Source: Fidelibacterota bacterium (GTDB lineage Bacteria > Fidelibacterota > Marinisomatia > Marinisomatales > TCS56). From it: DNA of 36,592 nucleotides. The notes under the pieces were generated by a model. It made no database searches and was not told where the DNA came from. It saw only the letters and a program-made list of their open reading frames with translations. The first letter of the stretch is position 1. Every line of letters starts with the position of its first letter. The stretch spans positions 1-36,592 of the forward strand of contig JBDRBK010000030.1 in NCBI GenBank assembly GCA_043822705.1, in the 5' to 3' direction. Made by a program: the position numbers and the translations under genes. This document shows, in pieces, positions 19,908 to 28,698 of this stretch.

Positions 19908-22900
19908 TTCAACCCGATTTCTGCTTGCCCTGATAATCCTTGGCATCAATGCCCAGATAATTTTTTCCCAGACCAAATCCGGTCGTGAATTTCGACGTAC
20001 TGGTATCCACAACGGCAACCTGGTCCGAACCGTATTCGGTAACTGGGGTGTAATCGGTCAGCCTGCTGATGCCGGTCCTCGGGGCGCCTGGATCAATGAT
20101 AATAATGGTTATATCGGCGATGTCAGCCCTTTGATCGGCGCCGAGGTAACAGCGCTTGACACCAGCGGTCAACCGGTTACATTCCACTCGGTGATCGTTC
20201 CGCCGGTCAGTCGCCCGATCACCGGTGGTTTTGAAGAATCGCCGACCGGAAAAGCCTGGTCGTTTGAACCAGTTCCCGGCTATTTGAACGAAACCCAGGA
20301 GCGGATCGCCATGAGCACCGATTTTACCACCTGGCCCCCGCTCTGGCCCGACAAACAGGATGATCCTGATGATCCCGGCTGGGCCGGTTCCTGGAATGGC
20401 TATTTCGGCAAGGACCTGCAGAATATCCAGCAGGAAAGTTATTTCGTCATGGACGACAACAACGATGAGGAATTCAATTTCCCCGAATTCAACGAATGGA
20501 ATGTGGAATTCAAACCGGATTCTCAGAACCTGACCAGAAATGGACTCGGTTTGGAAGTAGCCGTCCGTGGGATGCAATGGCAGCAGTTCCTGGCCCAGGA
20601 CTGCATTTTCTGGCTGTATGAAGTGACCAATGAGGGCACCTATGACTACTCCAAGATATCCTTCGGTATGCTGGTCGGTACCTATGTTGGTGTGACCAGT
20701 ACCGAAGACCGGGGTGAGTACGACGATGACTGGTCCTTTTTCGATGTGAACGATGATATCACCTATACCGGCGATTTTGACAACAACGCCAGTCGCAATG
20801 CCAAATGGGTCGGTGATGTCGGCATGGTTGGTTACGCCTTTCTGGAAAGTCCTGGCAACCCCTTCGATGGGATCGATAATGACGGTGATTATAATTCGAT
20901 TGAGGGCTTGGGGTTCGCGCCGCTATTTACCGAAGATGATTTTGACTCTACGGTAATCAATGTCGGTGATGTAATCGTTTTAATTGATAATAATTATGAA
21001 CGGACCACTTATACGATTGCCGATGCCAACCCAGTGCCGGTACAAACGCGCGGTTTAACGGTGACAATTACCCCCGGAGTCACTAAACTGGCTGAAGGTA
21101 ACCCGATTATTGGCGCCAATGGTAAGGAAGTAGTCGCCGATAATGCCTTTGATGGGATCGATAATGATCTTGATGGTTTGATTGATGAGAACTATTTCCT
21201 GCATTATCGTCAACGCCGTGTTGACGAAGATGGACAAATTTTATTTGATATTGAAAATCCGCGCGCTTATATCGATTACATCAATGATCTGGGAACTACT
21301 AATCCACTAATTGATGAGAAACGGGATGACGGCATCGACAATGACGGTGACTGGAATTCGGAGTACGACGACGTAGGTGTTGATGGAATTCCCGATACTC
21401 ACGACTTCGGTGAGGCTGATGGCGTACCGACTCCCGGCGAACCAAATTTTGATCGAACCGATGTGGATGAATCGGACCAGATCGGTCTGACCAGTTTTGA
21501 TTACTTCACACCCGCCGGCGAATTCCCCATGCGCTTCGATGAGCAGCTATGGGAAAAATTACACCCTGGATTTTTTGATACGCCAAATTCAATTCAGGAT
21601 GGCGTACCGATCGCCGGTGAAGATGGCGACTTTATCTATGGTTCGGGTTATTTCCCTTTGTTGGCCGGTAAGACCGAACGCTTCTCGCTGGCCCTGGTTT
21701 ATGGCCGCGATCTTGCAGAACTGCTTGATAATAAGCGAACTGTCCAGAATATCTACAATAACAATTACCGTTTCCCGCCACCACCGTTGAAACCGACTTT
21801 GACAGCTAAAGCCGGGGACGGTGTTGTGACGCTTTACTGGGATAGAGTGGCCGAGACCAGTATTGACCCGATTACCAAGAAAAAGGATTTCCAAGGCTAC
21901 AAGTTATACCGGGCAACTGATGCGAACTTCAATGACGTCCGCAATATCACTAATGCACATGGTATTATCGAAGGATACTCCCCGATCGCTCAATTCGATT
22001 TGGATGATGATTATCCGGATTATTTCTACCCCTCCGAACTATTGTTCCAGGAATCTCAGGGCTACAGCTTCTTCCTGGGCGATAATACCGGTTTGCAGCA
22101 TAGCTATGTTGACCAGGATGTCCAGAATGGGCGAACCTACTACTATGCCCTGGTTGCCTATGATACCGGCGAACAAGACAAGGATATTTTCCCGGCAGAA
22201 AATACCAAGTTCATATCGGTGCTGCCCTCCGGTGAAATTATCACCGATAAAAACACGGCCGTTGTGACACCATCATCCAAGTCCGCCGGTTACACTTTGA
22301 ATGACACCATCCCGGTAACTACTGTGAGCAGTGTTGCCACCGGCAGTTTCACCGTGGAGGTTGTCGATGATCAGGCACTGACAGGAAACACCTATGAAGT
22401 CACATTTCTGGATCAATCCACCGATGGCGTCGATAATAACGGTGACTGGGACCCTAATCTTCATGATGTCGGCAGCGATGGTGTGGCAGGCACCAACGAC
22501 AGTGACGGGACCGAATTGAATGGTATCCCCGATCAGGGGGAACCGAACCTGGATTGTTTGGACCGCAATGAATATATTAGTCTTACCACCTACTATTCGG
22601 TGCGTAATCTGGATAAGATCAGCTATGACTTCACTGCTAATGATACGCTGGTAGTAAAGGTCCCCTATGAAAATCTGATTCCCGGCAGTATTACTATAAC
22701 CAATAGTCTGGGAGCAGTTATTTCAGCCAATAATTATATCGTTGATACCGAGTTGGGCCGGATTCACGGTGCGTTCCCTGATGCACTTGGCAAGGACGAC
22801 TACACCATCGAATTCGAATACTACCCGGTAAAAAACAGCCCCTATATGCATAAATCCACCTGGACCAATGCCAACAAAACTCCTTATGTCCCGGAAACAC

Positions 22901-23850
22901 TGGATTCGGAAGTCTTCGATGGTGTACGAATTAATTTCAATAACCACTGGAGCATTAACACGATTGATTCATTATCATACTGGTGGACTAATGAATTCGG
23001 GACCGGCTGGGAGAAAAATTATCCGGATTCAACCTATCTGTTCAACGTTTCGACCCAGAACCTGTTCAACAACAAAGTAATCGCCACCAAAATGCCCAGC
23101 GATTATATGGTCGTATTCTCCGATGATCCGGATTTTGGACAATCATATAATCTCTACACCTATCTGTTCACCCAGAAGCTCGATTCGACCGGTGGTTCCA
23201 AAACCAACTTCAGGGTCATCGACCGTACGAATAATATTGAAGTACCGTACCTGTTCTATGACGATTATTTGATATCCTTTTCCGGTCGCGAAGGTATAAT
23301 CGATCCTCTTGATATCATCTATTTCTTTGAAAACGATACCTCCGGCAAACCAATTTATACCTGGAGCGTAATATTCACCCTGCGACAAAGCCATAGCGAT
23401 ACACTGGAACTGGATTTTGGCACCAGCGACACACTCTTCATCGCCAAAACCAAGGCTTTCCGAAAGGGTGATACCTATTCATTTACAACACCCAGGCCGA
23501 CAGCCGAGGTTAAAAACACTAAAATCTGGAAAAATGAGGTCCGGGTTGTTCCCAATCCCTATTACTCCGCCCATGAATTCGAGGCACCCCTGCCACCCGG
23601 AATCACCAGCGGGCGGGGTACCAGGAATATTTATTTCAACAATGTCCCCAGCGATGCCCGAGTTCATATCTTTACTGCCCGAGGGCAACATCTTAAAACC
23701 CTGGACGCGACCAATGATATTCATGATGGAACCCTGGTCTGGAACCTGAAGACCAAGGAGAATCTGGACATCGCCTACGGAGTTTATTTCTATATCGTAG
23801 ATTCTCCTGCAGGCGGTAAACAATCCGGAAAGTTTGCGGTGATAAAATGA
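19897..23850 (+). CDS. Large (1317 aa) secreted Asp-rich protein with putative Ca-binding repeats, FnIII-like domain and variant C-terminal sorting domain; function unknown
   Basis: GGAG RBS before ATG 19897, overlapping the receptor stop; signal peptide; DGIDNDGD-type repeats; PPPP..LTAKAGDGVVTLYWD..FQGYKLYR..YVDQDVQNGRTYYYALVAYD; C-terminal VRVVPNPYY...WNLKTKENLDIAYGVYFY. Confidence 0.85.
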   Translation: MRYNSTRFLLALIILGINAQIIFSQTKSGREFRRTGIHNGNLVRTVFGNWGVIGQPADAGPRGAWINDNNGYIGDVSPLIGAEVTALDTSGQPVTFHSVIVPPVSRPITGGFEESPTGKAWSFEPVPGYLNETQERIAMSTDFTTWPPLWPDKQDDPDDPGWAGSWNGYFGKDLQNIQQESYFVMDDNNDEEFNFPEFNEWNVEFKPDSQNLTRNGLGLEVAVRGMQWQQFLAQDCIFWLYEVTNEGTYDYSKISFGMLVGTYVGVTSTEDRGEYDDDWSFFDVNDDITYTGDFDNNASRNAKWVGDVGMVGYAFLESPGNPFDGIDNDGDYNSIEGLGFAPLFTEDDFDSTVINVGDVIVLIDNNYERTTYTIADANPVPVQTRGLTVTITPGVTKLAEGNPIIGANGKEVVADNAFDGIDNDLDGLIDENYFLHYRQRRVDEDGQILFDIENPRAYIDYINDLGTTNPLIDEKRDDGIDNDGDWNSEYDDVGVDGIPDTHDFGEADGVPTPGEPNFDRTDVDESDQIGLTSFDYFTPAGEFPMRFDEQLWEKLHPGFFDTPNSIQDGVPIAGEDGDFIYGSGYFPLLAGKTERFSLALVYGRDLAELLDNKRTVQNIYNNNYRFPPPPLKPTLTAKAGDGVVTLYWDRVAETSIDPITKKKDFQGYKLYRATDANFNDVRNITNAHGIIEGYSPIAQFDLDDDYPDYFYPSELLFQESQGYSFFLGDNTGLQHSYVDQDVQNGRTYYYALVAYDTGEQDKDIFPAENTKFISVLPSGEIITDKNTAVVTPSSKSAGYTLNDTIPVTTVSSVATGSFTVEVVDDQALTGNTYEVTFLDQSTDGVDNNGDWDPNLHDVGSDGVAGTNDSDGTELNGIPDQGEPNLDCLDRNEYISLTTYYSVRNLDKISYDFTANDTLVVKVPYENLIPGSITITNSLGAVISANNYIVDTELGRIHGAFPDALGKDDYTIEFEYYPVKNSPYMHKSTWTNANKTPYVPETLDSEVFDGVRINFNNHWSINTIDSLSYWWTNEFGTGWEKNYPDSTYLFNVSTQNLFNNKVIATKMPSDYMVVFSDDPDFGQSYNLYTYLFTQKLDSTGGSKTNFRVIDRTNNIEVPYLFYDDYLISFSGREGIIDPLDIIYFFENDTSGKPIYTWSVIFTLRQSHSDTLELDFGTSDTLFIAKTKAFRKGDTYSFTTPRPTAEVKNTKIWKNEVRVVPNPYYSAHEFEAPLPPGITSGRGTRNIYFNNVPSDARVHIFTARGQHLKTLDATNDIHDGTLVWNLKTKENLDIAYGVYFYIVDSPAGGKQSGKFAVIK

Positions 23851-24842
23851 AAAAGCTAATAGTAATTGCCATTCTCTCAACGCTGTTGTCAGGACAGTCA
23901 AAAGTCGGAACAACGGCCAGTAATTTTCTGGGGATCGGCGTCGGCCCCCGCAGTCTCGGAATGGGCGGTGCCAGCACCTCAATCGCCGGCGATGCCGCGG
24001 TAATGATAATTAATCCCGGGGCGCTATCCCGTCTCACCGGCAACCAAGCCATGTTTGCCAAAACCAACTGGCTGGTCGATACCAATATCAATTTCGCCGC
24101 CGCCGTGCTGAACATATCCCGGTCCGGTTCAATCGGGTTTTATCTGACCCAGGTGGATTACGGTCGGGAGGAAATCACCGATCTCTATAACCAGGACGGC
24201 ACCGACCTGTACTGGACTGCCAGTGATATGGTCAGCGCCCTGGCCTATTCCCGGAACCTGACGGACCAGTTTTCGATCGGCGGGGCGGCCAAATACATCG
24301 TGAACCAGATTCACAACGAAAAAGCATCGGCCGTCGCCTTGGATGTCGGACTATTATACAGATCATCGGAAGGTGGCTACCGGATTGGAATGAGTATCTC
24401 GAATTTCGGCCCGGACATGACGATGGAGGGGAAAGATCTGTTCCGTAAAATCGATCTGGACGAAACCAGCGAGGGGCATAATGAGACGATTGTCGCCAAA
24501 TTGAAAACCGATGCCTGGCCGCTGCCGCTGTTCTTCCGGGTCGGCCTGTCGACGGATATAATTTCCCGGCAAAATCTGCGGTTATCGCTGGCGCTGGATA
24601 CTTTTATCCCCAGCGATGATGTCGAATCGGCTCAATTGGGATTTGAAGCAGCCTTCTATGAGCGACTGTTTCTGCGCGGCGGCTACCGTTCCCTGGGCAA
24701 TACCGACAGCGAAGAAGGGCTGACTCTGGGTGGTGGAGTTAAAGTCTACTCCGGCGGCCTGTCGTTATGCGTTGATTACGCCCTGCAGGAATTCGGCCTG
24801 TTCGACCCGGTCTCGCATCTGGGAGTTTCGGTGATATTTTAG
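23847..24842 (+). CDS. PorV/PorQ-like (UPF0164) outer-membrane beta-barrel
   Basis: KVGTTASNFLGIGVGPRSLGMGGA..INPGAL, ALDVGLLY, GMSISNFG, LPLFFRVG, LRGGY, C-terminal Phe; ATGA overlap. Confidence 0.85.
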   Translation: MKKLIVIAILSTLLSGQSKVGTTASNFLGIGVGPRSLGMGGASTSIAGDAAVMIINPGALSRLTGNQAMFAKTNWLVDTNINFAAAVLNISRSGSIGFYLTQVDYGREEITDLYNQDGTDLYWTASDMVSALAYSRNLTDQFSIGGAAKYIVNQIHNEKASAVALDVGLLYRSSEGGYRIGMSISNFGPDMTMEGKDLFRKIDLDETSEGHNETIVAKLKTDAWPLPLFFRVGLSTDIISRQNLRLSLALDTFIPSDDVESAQLGFEAAFYERLFLRGGYRSLGNTDSEEGLTLGGGVKVYSGGLSLCVDYALQEFGLFDPVSHLGVSVIF

Positions 24843-24980
24843 AAGGAGTTGAAAAACGAAAAATGGTTTTAAAAACATCCACGCGATCTTGGTCGAAAAT
24901 TGAAATGCCGTTTAAAAATCAAGTTGACTTTTCCATATTGCTAAATATAAAACCAGCAATTAAATTCAGCGCGACAAGAC

Positions 24981-25000
24981 GTAACTCTGCTATGAGTTAC
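24981..25000. promoter_or_regulatory. Candidate TrmB-family operator, copy 3 (GTAACTC-TGCTAT-GAGTTAC)
   Basis: Perfect 7-bp arms with the same 6-bp spacing as the other copies; followed by CAA as at 15013. Confidence 0.72.
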
Positions 25001-25085
25001 CAATTGTGGGGTTTCAAATTTGACCATTAAAGAATATTATAAATGATGAACTGGTATCTGTATTCCGTTACAGCAAAGCGGGCGA

Positions 25086-25113
25086 TTGACAATCAGTCGA
25101 TTGGGCGTATGAT
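25086..25113 (+). promoter_or_regulatory. Sigma70-like promoter (TTGACA-N16-TATGAT)
   Basis: Consensus -35 and 5/6 -10 upstream of the 25292 gene; a second candidate TTGACT-N16-TATAAA starts at 24924. Confidence 0.5.
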
Positions 25114-25291
25114 TTTCAATTTGAATTCTGATTTTTTTGTGGTAGCTTGTGTTCCGAGAGAGAATTTACCAAGCGTTCATTTGGCCCATGACGCTTTTTC
25201 CGGAAATTAAACCTTGGGAATATTACCTGCGGTTTTAAAAAAGCATAATTGGATTAAGAACCTAAAGCGTGTAACAAAAGGAGAATAACTA

Positions 25292-28200
25292 ATGAAAAAA
25301 TTGTTAATACTATTGCTTTCTCTGACCTTTGTAATGGCTCAGGGAACGGTAATTAACGATTTTGAGACTAATATCGGTGGCTGGCAAGACCCCAATTATT
25401 CTGGGTCCACCACCGCCGCCGATGCATCGACATTCGCAGTTTCCACTGATTATGCCAAGAATGGCTTGTCATCTGGTAAACTGCTTTTGCTCGATAACGC
25501 CAGTACAACTGGTGGCTGGTTCGTACGATTGTCTAATCGAACAGAACATTACGCTCCTGACTCCAAAATTGGATTTTGGCTGAGAGCTCACAACCCTAAC
25601 GTCGAATTCAGATTTGTCATTTATGACCAGGGTGCTGGTGGCAGTGGCTACGAAGCTGGTCCTTGGATGACGGCCACAGCCGCTGTGGACGATTGGGAAT
25701 GGGTTGAAATTGATCTGGCAACGGCAAGCGTTACTGGTTGGATTACCGGCGATGGTGCCATAACATCAACCGATTTCGTTACTATCGAAAGTATCCAACT
25801 GCAAACTACCAGCGACATTAACGATACACTTTATATCGATGATGTGACCGAAATACCCATGCCGCCGACTTTATTCTTCTCGGAGTATATTGAAGGTGGT
25901 AGTTACAATAAGGCTCTGGAAATCTATAACCCTACCAGCGCTACTGTCTCATTGGCTGATTATCAATTGGTGAACTGCTCGAATGGTTGCGATGCAACCA
26001 ATATTTGGGATTTCACAAATGATATTTTTGGCACGCTATCTATTGATGCAGGCGCCGTAATTGTAGTCGCCGACTCCCGAGCAAACGCTGATATGTTGGC
26101 GCTTGCCGACGTAACTCATGATTATTTGAGCAATGGTGATGACACATATGCTCTCCAAATTAAATCAACTGGTGCGATTGTAGATATCATCGGCGATTCT
26201 TCAATCGTTGATGTGGGTGACGGTTGGGATGTTGCTGGTGTTACACTGGCAACCAAAGATCACACCCTGATACGCAAATATACGGTCACTACCGGAAATA
26301 CTAATTGGGCCAGTTCAGCAGGTACCGATGCCACTGATTCCGAGTGGATTGTTGCCGATAAAGATTATTACGGAAACCTGGGTGTCCACGGCATGGCTAC
26401 AGTCAAGTTCCTGGTTGATGCCAGTCTGGATACCGCTTTCCACGGCGGATTCGGTTTGAAGGGCAGTTTCACACCGGCCGGTGTGTATGATTCCGGTTGG
26501 TACAGTGGTGCCGAAATCGCCGCCTTCACCGATGCCGATAATGACAGCATCTGGGAAGCCACCATGCAGATGGTCCCCGATGGCGGTGCCAATGTCTGGA
26601 AATGGGGAATCCAGGATGAAAATGATAATTGGATCGATGGTGATTGGGCCTTCGACGTCGCCGATAATGCTCCCCAAACACTGACTTACACCTACCCGGA
26701 TCCATACCTGACGGTAATGGTTACCTTCCGGGTAAATGCCTCGACCGTGCAGGATGTGGTCGATTCCACCAGCGTCGTTGATCTGCGCGGTACCGTTACC
26801 CAGTGGGGTCCCGGAACCGATCTGACCAATGTCGGTGGCGATTACTGGGAAACCACGATCGAACTTTCGGCCAATGCCGACTGGCAGTATAAATACGGTG
26901 CCCGCCTAAAGGCCATCGATGGGCAATACTCTGATTACTGGGAAAATGATCTGCCCGGCGCCGATTATCAGGGTGGCAATCGTACTTTCTCAACCGGTTC
27001 CGAGGACATGGTAATCGGTCTGGATTACCTCGGCCGCGGTCCGGATAATAATAATCCTCAATATACTGCTGATCCGGATTCAATTGATCTTTTCTTCCGA
27101 GTCAATATGAGTACCAATACTGACTTTGATCCAAGTATACATACTCTTTCTGTTGCCGGTAGCTTCCAATCGTGGACACCTGGGGCATCTCCGATGATAC
27201 AAGAAGGTACTTCTGATTATTGGAATCTGCATGCCAAAATTGGTGCCAATGGCGATACTGTCGATGTGTACTACAAGAATACTTTAGGAGCTTGGGATGG
27301 TACCGAAGAAAGTACCGATCGCTCCATACTTGGTATCAAACAAGATACTACTATTCAATGGGTATACTACAACAACGTGTTGCCTAAACCCTTTACCGCC
27401 AGCGACACCCTGGCTACTTTAACCTTCAGCACCAGTGTCGCCAAAGCAGTAGCCAATAAAGGCTTCGAACTAGGTGATACGCTGTTAGTAAAATATGGCT
27501 ATGAGGGCACACAAACCAAACTGATGGTAGACACTCTGTGGTCATCCATTGGGGCATTGTACGGCAAAACTATTGCGAATGTCGGTTTTGATGCAGAGCT
27601 GGGTCTGTATTATCAGTACTACCGCATCAAGAACGGTGTTGAATATCGTGAAACTTATTTCAATTTTGCCTACACCGGTGAGCCCGGCCCGGCGGCTGAA
27701 AAACGTTTCCATCTCTTAAGCGGCGCGGTAAATGGCGGTGCCTACACCATTCTTGATAACGTTGATTCGAAAACGCAGGAACGACGCATGCCGCTCTTCC
27801 GTAACGCTGAAAAGTTGGCTGCTACTTTGACAGTCACCTACTCAGTTGACTTGCGTCCGGCATACTACCAGGTCCTCGCCGGCGATACCCTGTTTGATAC
27901 TCAGGGCGATATTGATGTCGCCAAGGCCGACAGCGTTTTTGCCTGGGGTGTCTGGATCAACGGTCCCGCCGCTGGTGGCTGGGGAAACACTGGTGGCAGT
28001 GACTGGGGTTCCGGTTTGATCAACAACGTTTTGAAGAAAATGCACGACGATGGTGTTACTGGTGGCGATCTGGTTGCCGGCGATAGCGTCTTCAGTCAGC
28101 AATTCACTTACACGGCTGGCGAAGACGATGCCGTTATCGGACAGGAATTCAAGTTCGGTATCGGCGGTGGTGATAATGAATCCGGCTATGGCTTGAATCA

Positions 28201-28621
28201 TATCGAGAATATCGATATTGCCAATCCTGTGATTGCTTCCTTCATCGGATCGATTAACCCGATCCTATACAGCGCCTGGGATTACGACACCAATACACCG
28301 ATTGTTGTTGGTATTGACGAACTGGAAGTTGCCATGCCAAGTCAGTTCGCTCTGCATAATAACTACCCGAATCCGTTCAACCCGACCACCCGGATCGAAT
28401 TCGCGATTCCGATCGGTGCCGAGGTAACAATCAATATCTACAACCTGCTCGGGCAGAAATTATTGACTGTTCATAACAACTATGCCAAACCAGGTACTTA
28501 TTCCATGTCCTGGAATGGACGTGACATGAATGGCCAACTGGTTCCGAGTGGTATTTACCTCTACGAACTGGATGCCGGAGCATATTTCCACAGCGTCAAA
28601 AAAATGACCCTGTTGAAGTAA
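25292..28621 (+). CDS. Secreted multi-domain protein: CBM-like N-domain, lamin-tail domain, several starch-binding-like beta-sandwich modules, C-terminal FlgD-Ig/T9SS-type sorting domain
   Basis: AAGGAG RBS; signal peptide; LFFSEYIEGGSYNKALEIYNPT (LTD); repeated V.F.V[DN]...G....W...W...YK modules; DDG..GD.VAGDSVF; NYPNPFNPTTRIEF...SGIYLY. Confidence 0.85.
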   Translation: MKKLLILLLSLTFVMAQGTVINDFETNIGGWQDPNYSGSTTAADASTFAVSTDYAKNGLSSGKLLLLDNASTTGGWFVRLSNRTEHYAPDSKIGFWLRAHNPNVEFRFVIYDQGAGGSGYEAGPWMTATAAVDDWEWVEIDLATASVTGWITGDGAITSTDFVTIESIQLQTTSDINDTLYIDDVTEIPMPPTLFFSEYIEGGSYNKALEIYNPTSATVSLADYQLVNCSNGCDATNIWDFTNDIFGTLSIDAGAVIVVADSRANADMLALADVTHDYLSNGDDTYALQIKSTGAIVDIIGDSSIVDVGDGWDVAGVTLATKDHTLIRKYTVTTGNTNWASSAGTDATDSEWIVADKDYYGNLGVHGMATVKFLVDASLDTAFHGGFGLKGSFTPAGVYDSGWYSGAEIAAFTDADNDSIWEATMQMVPDGGANVWKWGIQDENDNWIDGDWAFDVADNAPQTLTYTYPDPYLTVMVTFRVNASTVQDVVDSTSVVDLRGTVTQWGPGTDLTNVGGDYWETTIELSANADWQYKYGARLKAIDGQYSDYWENDLPGADYQGGNRTFSTGSEDMVIGLDYLGRGPDNNNPQYTADPDSIDLFFRVNMSTNTDFDPSIHTLSVAGSFQSWTPGASPMIQEGTSDYWNLHAKIGANGDTVDVYYKNTLGAWDGTEESTDRSILGIKQDTTIQWVYYNNVLPKPFTASDTLATLTFSTSVAKAVANKGFELGDTLLVKYGYEGTQTKLMVDTLWSSIGALYGKTIANVGFDAELGLYYQYYRIKNGVEYRETYFNFAYTGEPGPAAEKRFHLLSGAVNGGAYTILDNVDSKTQERRMPLFRNAEKLAATLTVTYSVDLRPAYYQVLAGDTLFDTQGDIDVAKADSVFAWGVWINGPAAGGWGNTGGSDWGSGLINNVLKKMHDDGVTGGDLVAGDSVFSQQFTYTAGEDDAVIGQEFKFGIGGGDNESGYGLNHIENIDIANPVIASFIGSINPILYSAWDYDTNTPIVVGIDELEVAMPSQFALHNNYPNPFNPTTRIEFAIPIGAEVTINIYNLLGQKLLTVHNNYAKPGTYSMSWNGRDMNGQLVPSGIYLYELDAGAYFHSVKKMTLLK

Positions 28622-28641
28622 TCAACGATTCATAGATCACT

Positions 28642-28681
28642 AATAGAAAAACGGGCTTCATTTGGAGCCCGTTTTTCTATT
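28642..28681. terminator. Intrinsic, probably bidirectional, terminator
   Basis: aatagaaaaacgggct-tcatttgg-agcccgtttttctatt, a 16-bp perfect inverted repeat 20 nt after the stop codon. Confidence 0.9.
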
Positions 28682-28698
28682 CTATCTCCATTAGATAC

